Part shown: positions 47,394-55,251 of the stretch, piece by piece
Numbering within the stretch: position 1 is the first letter of the stretch
How the letters are laid out: every line of letters begins with the position of its first letter
NCBI GenBank assembly: GCA_000990585.1
Contig: LBQD01000001.1
Location: forward strand, 141,501-205,500
Origin: Candidatus Moranbacteria bacterium GW2011_GWE2_35_2-
GTDB taxonomy: Bacteria > Patescibacteriota > Minisyncoccia > Moranbacterales > UBA9337
Reading direction: 5' to 3'
Length of the DNA: 64,000 nucleotides
Notes under the pieces: generated by a model
The model's input: only the letters and a program-made list of their open reading frames with translations
What the model was told of the DNA's origin: nothing
Databases searched by the model: none
Made by a program: the position numbers and the translations under genes

Positions 47394-48362
47394 TTATTTT
47401 TTCTCGAATAACTTAACTGCCTTTTCTCTACCATGATAAATCGATACTATTTCTAATGCTAATTTCTTTTTGATTTCATACGGATCCGCAATCTTATTTT
47501 CTAATTTTGTTCTTATGTCAATAATTTCTTTCATTGGTAAATAAGTGCAATCTACAAAAAGTTGATAGATGTTCTCATCTGCTTGGTTCATAATACCTTT
47601 AAACATTTCTTCTGCAGAAAAATCAAGAAATACTCCTGTTCCCATTGACTTGGACATCATTTTTTCTTTAGTTATTGGATTTTCAAGTAAGGTTGTTATA
47701 AAGACAAATTTTTCCTTATTTCTATATTTACCTTGCAAATCCCTGCCTACAAGAGCATTAAATTTTTGATCGTTTCCGCACATCTCAACATCAACATCTA
47801 TCTCAACGGAATCCCAGCCTTGCATTATGGGATAAAAAAGTTCGTGAAGATATATGGGCTTTTCTTCATGTATGCGCTTTTCAAACATATCCCTCTCCAA
47901 CATTTGCTGAACAGTGAAATTACCTGCTAATTCAAGAGCTTTTTTATTATCCATTTTCGAAAACCAATCGTGATTATACATTATCTTAACTGGATTTTCT
48001 CTATTATCCAGATTTATAATCGGCCTTATTTGATCTAACCATGTCTTTGTATTTTCTACAACATCCTTTCTTGTTAATTTTTTTCGGGTAGCCGTTTTAT
48101 CAGTAGGATCACCAATACGCGAAGTAAAGTCACCTATTAAAAAAATTACTTCGTGACCAAGTTGACGGAATTTTTCAAGAATCATGTAGTTTGTTGCGTG
48201 ACCAAGATGCAAAGATGTTCCTGTTGCATCTGTGCCGATATATATCCTTAATCTATCTCCAGAAAGCATTTTCTGCTTTAATTTTTCTTTACTTGGAAGA
48301 ATTTCTGCAACTGAGCGTGTTAATAACTCATCTATTTTATTTTTATTGATAATAACATCCAT
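47394..48362 (-). CDS. tyrS: Tyrosine--tRNA ligase, short form without C-terminal S4 domain
   Basis: YIGTDAT..SLHLGH, IGDFT..IGDP, YPIMQGWD, GNDQKFN, MMSKS; 322 aa. Confidence 0.9.
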   Translation of the reverse strand: MDVIINKNKIDELLTRSVAEILPSKEKLKQKMLSGDRLRIYIGTDATGTSLHLGHATNYMILEKFRQLGHEVIFLIGDFTSRIGDPTDKTATRKKLTRKDVVENTKTWLDQIRPIINLDNRENPVKIMYNHDWFSKMDNKKALELAGNFTVQQMLERDMFEKRIHEEKPIYLHELFYPIMQGWDSVEIDVDVEMCGNDQKFNALVGRDLQGKYRNKEKFVFITTLLENPITKEKMMSKSMGTGVFLDFSAEEMFKGIMNQADENIYQLFVDCTYLPMKEIIDIRTKLENKIADPYEIKKKLALEIVSIYHGREKAVKLFEKK

Positions 48363-48412
48363 ATTTTGAGATATTTTAAAATAAGTAGTCCTTAGTAGTT
48401 TATCAAAAAAAC

Positions 48413-48442
48413 AATACTCTGTAAATAATTATACAGAGTATT
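48413..48442 (-). terminator. Hairpin after the radical SAM gene
   Basis: AATACTCTGTA-N8-TACAGAGTATT followed by a T run on the minus strand. Confidence 0.65.
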
Positions 48443-48459
48443 AGTTGGAATAGTTAAGC

Positions 48460-49503
48460 TCATATCGAGCACTCAGTCTCTACATGGTCCCTGTCAACAA
48501 ACACCTTGTAGTATGCATCACTGGATATCCTCTTAAATCGGCAGTAATCTTTAAGCTTCTCTTCACGACTTAAAACTCTATCACACTGCCAATACCACTT
48601 TGTGTGGCTACACACATCTTGCCATGGACATTCGGTTTGTGGACAAGTCAAAGGCTGATAACTTACGGTATGCACGCCCTTGATAACCTCCTCTATTTTA
48701 TTTCCAAGATTGTCTTGCGATAAATTATAAGAATTCTCCAAATTCAGCTCAAACAGATATGGGTCATCCCCTCCATATGCATATTCTGGGATTATGCTTG
48801 AAAATAGATTAAGCGGAGTCACTGATCCAAAATCATGAACCACGTCATAGAGAACTTTTTGTAAATCCATCCATTCATTCTCTGTCGGTCTTTGATATGA
48901 ATCGTAATTGATTTCACAAATTAATGGAATGTAACCTAGCTCATCCAAGAACCAAGCACAGATATCGTAAAGATTCCTGAAAGCTTTCGTGGGAATCACG
49001 CAAACGCCTGCTCTGATTGGAAACTTATCAGTGTTATATTCCTTTATTAGATGTACGATTCGTTTTGGGTTAGGAGCTCCCGAATCAGGAAAAATTGGAT
49101 TCTCCACAGATACAAAAGCATGACTGATAGCACTATTTTGCGCTGCTAAAACCCAGCTTTTGTTCATTGCTTTTCCAGCAGTTAGGATAAATGGCCTGAC
49201 ATTTGTAATGCTAAACCCTTTATTTGCCAACTTAAACAGTCTCTCTCCGAGAACCATTGGCTCTCCGCCTGAAAATCTATAGGAAAGTTTTCCATCAACA
49301 TATTCATTGCACAGTTTTATAAATCTCATATATATATCAAACTGGCTATCTGATATATCATAAGCAAATTTCTGTCTAGAACGAGACTTAAAATAATGAC
49401 AATAAGTGCAGTTACAATTACACCTCCCTGTAACACCCACGCTAACAGTATAGATTTTTTTTCTGATGTTTTTTTCTGATACACATTGCCCTAAGTCTTT
49501 CAT
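48460..49503 (-). CDS. Radical SAM enzyme with Cys-rich SPASM/twitch-like C-terminus
   Basis: CNCNCTYC (CxxxCxxC), SGGEP, C-terminal CPQTECPWQDVC...C...C; GGAGGT SD. Confidence 0.9.
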   Translation of the reverse strand: MKDLGQCVSEKNIRKKIYTVSVGVTGRCNCNCTYCHYFKSRSRQKFAYDISDSQFDIYMRFIKLCNEYVDGKLSYRFSGGEPMVLGERLFKLANKGFSITNVRPFILTAGKAMNKSWVLAAQNSAISHAFVSVENPIFPDSGAPNPKRIVHLIKEYNTDKFPIRAGVCVIPTKAFRNLYDICAWFLDELGYIPLICEINYDSYQRPTENEWMDLQKVLYDVVHDFGSVTPLNLFSSIIPEYAYGGDDPYLFELNLENSYNLSQDNLGNKIEEVIKGVHTVSYQPLTCPQTECPWQDVCSHTKWYWQCDRVLSREEKLKDYCRFKRISSDAYYKVFVDRDHVETECSI

Positions 49504-49524
49504 TTTTTACCTCCATATAAAATC

Positions 49525-49558
49525 AGGGGGATACCTTTAAGACATAAGGCATCCCCCT
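49525..49558 (-). promoter_or_regulatory. Stem-loop between peptide gene and radical SAM gene
   Basis: Minus strand AGGGGGATGCCTT-loop-AAGGTATCCCCCT. Confidence 0.7.
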
Positions 49559-49588
49559 ATCTGGGTTAAAGGAAAAGGAATTTGTCGC

Positions 49589-49711
49589 CTATGGCCGCAT
49601 ATCCGTGGAATAAGCGATAGTCTTGGAGACATTGTCTCTTTTTTGCGCAGAAACTTGTGCCATCTTCTGTCGAACACGATCCGCTTTGGAAAGAACAACT
49701 TTTTTCTTCAT
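49589..49711 (-). CDS. Candidate 40-aa precursor peptide MKKKVVLSKADRVRQKMAQVSAQKRDNVSKTIAYSTDMRP
   Basis: Hand translated; AGAGGTG SD 4 nt before ATG; co-oriented just upstream of the radical SAM gene. Confidence 0.65.
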   Translation of the reverse strand: MKKKVVLSKADRVRQKMAQVSAQKRDNVSKTIAYSTDMRP

Positions 49712-49933
49712 GACACACCTCTTTTTTGAGTGTTTCTAGCTCTAAAGCGAGCCAGTAATACACGAACTGAAACTAATATCAGCTCGTAGCTAAATTTAAA
49801 CTATCATCAAATTAAAAAATTGTCAATTAACCAGATATTAAATACTAATCTGAACTACAATCCCCTCTAACTAAAATTCCGGATTCATAAGTCATATAAA
49901 AAACAAGGCTCAAAAAAGCCTCGAATTTCATAA

Positions 49934-49995
49934 GCACGCCACAGTAAAGAACGTTAGAACCTTTTTTATAAAGAAAAATGAAATAATCTATATTC
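49934..49995. repeat. att-like direct repeat copy 2
   Basis: GCACGCCACAGTAAAGAACGTTAGAAC...ATCTATATTC. Confidence 0.85.
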
Positions 49996-50046
49996 TAAGT
50001 TTATCTGCCGGAGAGGCAGGCCTTTCCATTACAGCATCAGATTTGG

Positions 50047-50931
50047 TTAATTAACCTTATTAATCCAAGCTTTAATCTTCTTTTCTAATTCCTTTGCAAA
50101 GCCTTGGAAATTATGAGGAGTACCTTTCAGGGTAAATATTTCAGCATTTTTTCCTTCAAGCTCTCTGGTGAACCATTCAGCTATTTTAGAAATTTCCCTG
50201 TCTTTATAATCGTCTTCCTCTGCAAGAACGATAAGCAAGGGTAATTTCACACTTTTCAATATTTTCGGACTCTTCTCTGAAGCATAACTGAAAATCTCCT
50301 CAACACTTTCTGGCGTAAAAAGACTAAGAAATCTTTGCGCATCAATAAGATAATGCCATATTTTTTTTGGCAAAAATACATCTCCCTTGCCATCCTTAAC
50401 CATTTTTTTAGCAAATCTTACAGCCTTGTTATAAATCTTCCTATCAGTAAAGGCATACGTATCAGCAAAATCACTCATGGGGGCCAAAAGAATTGCGCTT
50501 TTTATGTTTTTATTTTTCCTTTTGGAAAGATAATAGACGCTTTTCTGGGTTCCCGTAGAATGACCAATGAGAAGAATATTTTTACTACCCAATGATTCAA
50601 CAAATCTAACAGCACCATCAATATCATCAACACAATCAGTAAAAACCTCTTTAGCCATTCCAATCAAATGTTTTTTTCTTCCACTTTTTTCTTTTTTATC
50701 CACCTGGCTAATTCTGGAAAGAACACCACTACCCCTATTATTAAAAAGTAAAACGGAGTTGTTCTTATCAACCAACCTTTCTGCAAGTTCTGCTTGTGAA
50801 AATAAATTACTCCCAAGACCATGAATAAATATGATTACATTTTTAGCCTTAGGTGAACCAAAAAATATTCCATCTAAAAGAAATTTTTTGGGGGTTTGAA
50901 TTTTAACAATTTTTCCTTCCATATGCCTCAA
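50047..50931 (-). CDS. Alpha/beta hydrolase (DUF1749-like)
   Basis: FIHGLG, NNRG, GHSTG nucleophile elbow, LAPMSD, late D and H. Confidence 0.88.
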   Translation of the reverse strand: MRHMEGKIVKIQTPKKFLLDGIFFGSPKAKNVIIFIHGLGSNLFSQAELAERLVDKNNSVLLFNNRGSGVLSRISQVDKKEKSGRKKHLIGMAKEVFTDCVDDIDGAVRFVESLGSKNILLIGHSTGTQKSVYYLSKRKNKNIKSAILLAPMSDFADTYAFTDRKIYNKAVRFAKKMVKDGKGDVFLPKKIWHYLIDAQRFLSLFTPESVEEIFSYASEKSPKILKSVKLPLLIVLAEEDDYKDREISKIAEWFTRELEGKNAEIFTLKGTPHNFQGFAKELEKKIKAWINKVN

Positions 50932-51014
50932 ATTACCAATATTTAATGATTTATTAAATATTAAAACTAAAAAGAGGCTTTTGCAAGCCTCAAATTTAGT
51001 TCGATTCTATTCAG

Positions 51015-51085
51015 CACGGGTGGAGAGAATCGAACTCCCGTTATTGGTTTTGGAGACCAACGTACTACCACTGTACGACACCCGC
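51015..51085 (-). tRNA. tRNA-Trp(CCA)
   Basis: TTGGT-CTCCAAA-ACCAA anticodon arm; full cloverleaf; CCA end not encoded. Confidence 0.95.
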
Positions 51086-51117
51086 CTTTGTCCGCCATAG
51101 CGGACTTTTTTGTTTGA

Positions 51118-51279
51118 TTATTTCGCTTCCTTATGCAGAGTATGCTTTTTGCAGAATTTGCAATATTTTTTCATTTCCAATTTCTCCTTCAACTTCTTCT
51201 TATTGCGATTGGAATAATGAGTTATTTTTTTGCACTCATTGCATTTGAATTTAACCAAATTTTCCTTTGTCTTTGCCAT
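51118..51279 (-). CDS. rpmG: 50S ribosomal protein L33 (Zn-ribbon type), missed by the ORF track
   Basis: MAKTKENLVKFKCNECKKITHYSNRNKKKLKEKLEMKKYCKFCKKHTLHKEAK. Confidence 0.95.
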   Translation of the reverse strand: MAKTKENLVKFKCNECKKITHYSNRNKKKLKEKLEMKKYCKFCKKHTLHKEAK

Positions 51280-51323
51280 AATCTTTATTACGTATTAAAC
51301 ATATTAACAATACAATTCACCTG

Positions 51324-51396
51324 AGCCGTTGCGCGGAATCGGACCGCGGACCTCATCCTTACCATGGATGTGCTCTACCGACTGAGCTACAACGGC
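51324..51396 (-). tRNA. tRNA-Thr(GGT)
   Basis: CATCC-ATGGTAA-GGATG; T-loop TCCGATT. Confidence 0.93.
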
Positions 51397-51414
51397 TTGT
51401 TTTAAAAGAAATTG

Positions 51415-51497
51415 TGGGCCGGGAGGGAATCGAACCCCCGAAGTCCGAAGACGTCAGATTTACAGTCTGATGCATTTGACCGCTCTGCCACCGACCC
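51415..51497 (-). tRNA. tRNA-Tyr(GTA)
   Basis: TCAGA-CTGTAAA-TCTGA, long variable arm. Confidence 0.95.
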
Positions 51498-51523
51498 ATC
51501 ACATCTATTCAATTTAAGCTCTG

Positions 51524-51596
51524 AGCCACCTGCCGGGCTTGAACCGACGACCCGCTGTTTACAAAACAGCCGCTCTACCAACTGAGCTAAGGTGGC
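51524..51596 (-). tRNA. tRNA-Thr(TGT)
   Basis: GCTGT-TTTGTAA-ACAGC. Confidence 0.95.
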
Positions 51597-51726
51597 TTAT
51601 TTACTTTTTTACAAACCAGCTTAGTTCAACCAATTAAAACTTTTTTATTATACACTAATCACTCAAAAAATCAACATGCGTGTTGTGTAAATTTTATATT
51701 ATATTCCGCCATCTTTTCCAAATCGC

Positions 51727-52428
51727 CTAAAACAATTTTCCGATTCTTCCCAATTTTATTTTAACCGCTCTATTAACTGGACTAAGTTTTAACACTTGCT
51801 TATAACAATCAATAGCATCTTTAGTATTTCTTCTCCCATAATAATAATCACCTAAGCGTTCATAGGCTTCCACATCTCTCGGATCAGACGCAATTCGTTC
51901 AATCAGAATATTTTCCAGCTCATCTTTTCTTTCTATTTTCGGAGTTTCCGGATACACAGCGGATTTTCTTATCATCGGACGCCTCATTATTTTTCTTCTA
52001 TTGACCGGAATTGCCATCTCCAAAACCACCTTCTCTTTCTCTGTCTTTTTAATTGTCGCCTCTTTTGAAATAATCTTATTTTTAGTATCAAAATCAATTT
52101 TGTTGTTTTTCTCTTTTGAAATATTCTTTCTATTGCCAGCTCTTTTCTCTTTGATATATTTGAGCCATTTTTCTAATAAATTGTGCACTCGTAAAGAAAA
52201 AACCTTAAAACTGATGGCGGATTTTTCCGATATGCGCAAAAGAAATTGACCGAATTTACCGGCACTCATTTTCAAAATTCCCTCCCTTTGATTTTCTTTG
52301 TAATCGCCATTTTCTGTTTTTTCTTTTTCTGCAAGAATATTTTGCGATTTTCGAGAAATCAAAACAAGTAAAATAGATAAACTCAAAACGATGACAATGG
52401 GCGGGATAATTAGATATAAATATGACAT
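51727..52428 (-). CDS. Membrane-anchored protein with C-terminal TPR
   Basis: N-terminal TM; DP.DVEAYERLGDYY......DA..CYKQVLKLSP. Confidence 0.8.
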   Translation of the reverse strand: MSYLYLIIPPIVIVLSLSILLVLISRKSQNILAEKEKTENGDYKENQREGILKMSAGKFGQFLLRISEKSAISFKVFSLRVHNLLEKWLKYIKEKRAGNRKNISKEKNNKIDFDTKNKIISKEATIKKTEKEKVVLEMAIPVNRRKIMRRPMIRKSAVYPETPKIERKDELENILIERIASDPRDVEAYERLGDYYYGRRNTKDAIDCYKQVLKLSPVNRAVKIKLGRIGKLF

Positions 52429-53210
52429 TATTTTAGTTCCTCTTTTTTGATTGTTATTATTTGACCATCGTCCATCTTTATTTTCAAACTTTGATTCAAT
52501 GCATTGATTTCAATTACTGTACCCTTTCCTTTTCCGGTTTGAATAGCGCTGTACAACTCTGGCATTCCTTGCATCATTTTTCGATATTGATAAACCTCGT
52601 AGGAAAGACAGCACATCAACCTCCCGCAAAGACCGGATATTCTATCTGATCCACGATGAGAAATTTGCTGTATCTTTGCCATCTCAGTAGAGATACTGGG
52701 AAGATTTCCGGAGAATCTCACGCAACATAATTCTTTTCCACAAATTCCGCATCCGCCAAGCTTCCTGGCTTCATCGCGAGATCCAATTTGTTGCATGCGC
52801 ACACTTCTATGAAACATCCCGGAAAGATTTTTAACCAAATTTCGGAAATCAACTCTGCCATCAGCTGTAAAAATAATCAAAATATTTCCTTTTCCTAGCG
52901 TAATGTGCGTATCAATAAGCTTCATTTCCAGATTTTCCGCTCGAATTTCACGCTGACATGCCTTAGTTATTTCCTCTTTCTTTTTGGAATTTTCTGTAAA
53001 AACTTCCACATCACGTTTCGTAGCCTTTCGAACGATGACATTTACAGCATCTTCTTCTGTTTTAATTGCAGATTCGAAAATTATACCCAGATCATTTCCG
53101 AAATCGGAGCTTACAATAACCTTGTCGCCATTGACAAACTCAGCATTACTCGAACATAACCGGGGATTTTCCCAGTCATACAATTTAACCGAATATTTAA
53201 ACATAATCAA
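52428..53210 (-). CDS. ricT: PSP1-domain protein RicT/YaaT
   Basis: FTADGRVDFRNLV, QIG.RDEA, G.CG.ELCC, ISGLCGRLMCCL.YE. Confidence 0.92.
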   Translation of the reverse strand: MIMFKYSVKLYDWENPRLCSSNAEFVNGDKVIVSSDFGNDLGIIFESAIKTEEDAVNVIVRKATKRDVEVFTENSKKKEEITKACQREIRAENLEMKLIDTHITLGKGNILIIFTADGRVDFRNLVKNLSGMFHRSVRMQQIGSRDEARKLGGCGICGKELCCVRFSGNLPSISTEMAKIQQISHRGSDRISGLCGRLMCCLSYEVYQYRKMMQGMPELYSAIQTGKGKGTVIEINALNQSLKIKMDDGQIITIKKEELK

Positions 53211-53237
53211 TATATTGTATTACCAAAAAATGCGCGC

Positions 53238-53819
53238 TTATAATTCATACCTGATAAACTCTCCTATTTGAATATTTTCACCTATCTTGCCAATTTTTTC
53301 ATTTATCAATTCCTCGACATTCTTTTCCGGTTCTTTGACAAATGACTGAGATAATAGCGCTAATTCTTCTCGAAATTTTTTTTCTTTTCCTTCAATAATT
53401 TTCTTCAAAATATCTTTCGGCTTTTTCTCATTCTTCATTTGCTCCATCCAAATTTCTTTTTCTTTCTCCACAAGCTCGGATGAAACATCTTCTGGCGACA
53501 AAAATTTCGGATCCATTGCGCTGATATGCATTGCGATATCCTTTGCTAAACTGATAAATTCTTCGTTACGAGCGACAAAATCGGTTTCACAATAAAGTTT
53601 AACCATCGATCCGATTTTTCCGTTTGAATGGATATATGAAACCACAATGCCTTCTTTAACCTCTCGTCCTGCTTTCTTTGCCGCTTTGCTCTGACCTTTT
53701 TTACGTAAAAGTTCAATCGTCTTTTCTTCATCACCTTTTGCTTCTTCGATTGCATTTTTTATATCCACCATTCCGGCACCAGTTTTTTCTCTAATTTTTT
53801 TAATCAACTCTAAGCTCAT
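53238..53819 (-). CDS. tsf: Elongation factor Ts (short form)
   Basis: IREKTGAGM.D.K.A, CETDFVA. Confidence 0.97.
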   Translation of the reverse strand: MSLELIKKIREKTGAGMVDIKNAIEEAKGDEEKTIELLRKKGQSKAAKKAGREVKEGIVVSYIHSNGKIGSMVKLYCETDFVARNEEFISLAKDIAMHISAMDPKFLSPEDVSSELVEKEKEIWMEQMKNEKKPKDILKKIIEGKEKKFREELALLSQSFVKEPEKNVEELINEKIGKIGENIQIGEFIRYEL

Positions 53820-53866
53820 ATATTTTTACTTCTTAATATTATTTTTATTTTACTGGTAAATTCAAA

Positions 53867-54643
53867 CTATTTGATAATTGTCCGACATACATATCCAAGC
53901 ATCAATTTTATAGAAGAAACTGCGTCATCGTTTGATGGAATAGGATAATTGACTCTTGTCGGATTAACATTAGTATCTACCAATGCAATCACTGGAATAT
54001 TTTTTTTAATCGCTTCAGTAATAGCCGCTGCATCTTCTTTTGTATCAATCGCAAAAATCGCCGCCGGAAGATCGTCCATATTTTTAATTCCTCCCATTCT
54101 TCTTTCCAGTTTTTCTGCTTCTTCTTTTTTCTTCGATTGCTCAAATTTGGTATATTTTTTCAACTCTCCACTTTCTATTTGTGCTTGAAGATCTTTTAAA
54201 TATTTCGTTCTTTTTTTGATATTGGAAAAATTAGTGAATGTTCCACCTAACCATCTTTCGATTACATAAGGCATCTGACATCTCTTGGCGGCGGATTTTA
54301 CCAAATCTTTGGCTTGTTTTTTTGTTCCAACAAAGAGAATTTTTTTTCCACTCTTTTTTATTTCAGAGATATATGCAAGCGCTTTTTCCAAATTTACCGC
54401 TGTTGCTTGCAAATTAATAATATTTACTCCTTTTTTAGTTCCGTATATGAATTGCTCCATTCGCGGATCCCTTCTGGATTTTTTGTGTCCGAAATGCACT
54501 CCCGCTTCAAGCATTTCTTCCATCGTCATTTTTAAATCATCCAAATTAAAATCAGCGAAAAAATCATCTCCTTTCGATTTTTTTACTTCACTAACAGTAA
54601 AATCTTTACTGTTAGTTTTCACTTTTTTTTCTTCTGTTGTCAT
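53867..54643 (-). CDS. rpsB: 30S ribosomal protein S2
   Basis: LEAGVHFGH, FVGTK, RWLGGTFTN, DTN, IP.NDDA. Confidence 0.98.
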   Translation of the reverse strand: MTTEEKKVKTNSKDFTVSEVKKSKGDDFFADFNLDDLKMTMEEMLEAGVHFGHKKSRRDPRMEQFIYGTKKGVNIINLQATAVNLEKALAYISEIKKSGKKILFVGTKKQAKDLVKSAAKRCQMPYVIERWLGGTFTNFSNIKKRTKYLKDLQAQIESGELKKYTKFEQSKKKEEAEKLERRMGGIKNMDDLPAAIFAIDTKEDAAAITEAIKKNIPVIALVDTNVNPTRVNYPIPSNDDAVSSIKLMLGYVCRTIIK

Positions 54644-54805
54644 TTTTTTTCCTTAAATTAAATTAATTAATCTTCCCAAAAAACATCGGGAAAAACGTCT
54701 ATACTCTCCTTGATAAAAATCTCGAATTTGAACCGATAAATTGGCTTCAAACAGGACAAGATTAGGAGAATATATGTATATTTACCCTTATCGGGCATGT
54801 ATAAA

Positions 54806-54833
54806 AGTATAGCAGATGCTCCACACTTGTCAA
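54806..54833 (-). promoter_or_regulatory. rpsB promoter, followed by a ~150-nt structured leader
   Basis: TTGACA-16 nt-TATACT with TG extension. Confidence 0.7.
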
Positions 54834-54897
54834 TCGCAAATCTTTATGCTAGTCTGATTGGGTAATTAAAAAATAATTTAATATTCGCTAAAAAACT

Positions 54898-55185
54898 ATG
54901 AAAAAAGGAATTCACCCAAAATACTACAATGAGGCTAAGATTTCTTGTGCCTGCGGTGCTGTTTTGGAAACCGGTTCAACTATTGAAAATATGGAGGTTG
55001 AAATTTGCTCCAATTGCCATCCGTTTTTTTCCGGAAAGAAAAAAACAATAGACACCACCGGACGAGTTGATCGCTTTAAAAAGCTCACAGAAAAATCCGC
55101 TGCTAAAAAAGCGGCTGCAATAAAAACAGTGAAAGAAAAGAAGACAGAAAAAAAACCAGAAAAAATCAAAGCGATAAAGAAATAA
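54898..55185 (+). CDS. rpmE: 50S ribosomal protein L31
   Basis: [26 protein letters not shown]. Confidence 0.97.
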   Translation: MKKGIHPKYYNEAKISCACGAVLETGSTIENMEVEICSNCHPFFSGKKKTIDTTGRVDRFKKLTEKSAAKKAAAIKTVKEKKTEKKPEKIKAIKK

Positions 55186-55207
55186 AGAAACAATTTTTTA
55201 AAATACT

Positions 55208-55238
55208 AAAAACCGCTCACATAACGCGAGCGGTTTTT
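55208..55238. terminator. Bidirectional terminator
   Basis: AAAAACCGCTC...GAGCGGTTTTT. Confidence 0.8.
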
Positions 55239-55251
55239 ATATATACTTAAC

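Larger units (their letters stand above)
47289..49933 (-). mobile_element. Integrase-less cassette 1 (peptide, radical SAM, short TyrRS)
   Basis: Bounded by att-like junctions sharing the GCACG core with the tRNA-Trp 3' end. Confidence 0.65.
49934..51013 (-). mobile_element. Integrase-less cassette 2 (alpha/beta hydrolase) abutting tRNA-Trp
   Basis: Lies between att copy 2 and the GCACG core at the tRNA-Trp 3' end. Confidence 0.6.

Noticed and set aside
49566-49763. Cys-rich 65-aa ORF as a ranthipeptide/sactipeptide precursor
   Set aside because: GTG start without an SD. The overlapping frame at 49589-49711 has an ATG with a well-placed AGAGGTG SD and is preferred, though this ORF is not fully excluded.
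47289-49960. Direct repeats as a CRISPR array or DGR TR/VR pair
   Set aside because: Only two copies, 2.6 kb apart, with no reverse transcriptase and no target ORF; the att interpretation explains the flanks better.
51133-51324. 63-aa plus-strand ORF
   Set aside because: Shadow of rpmG on the opposite strand.
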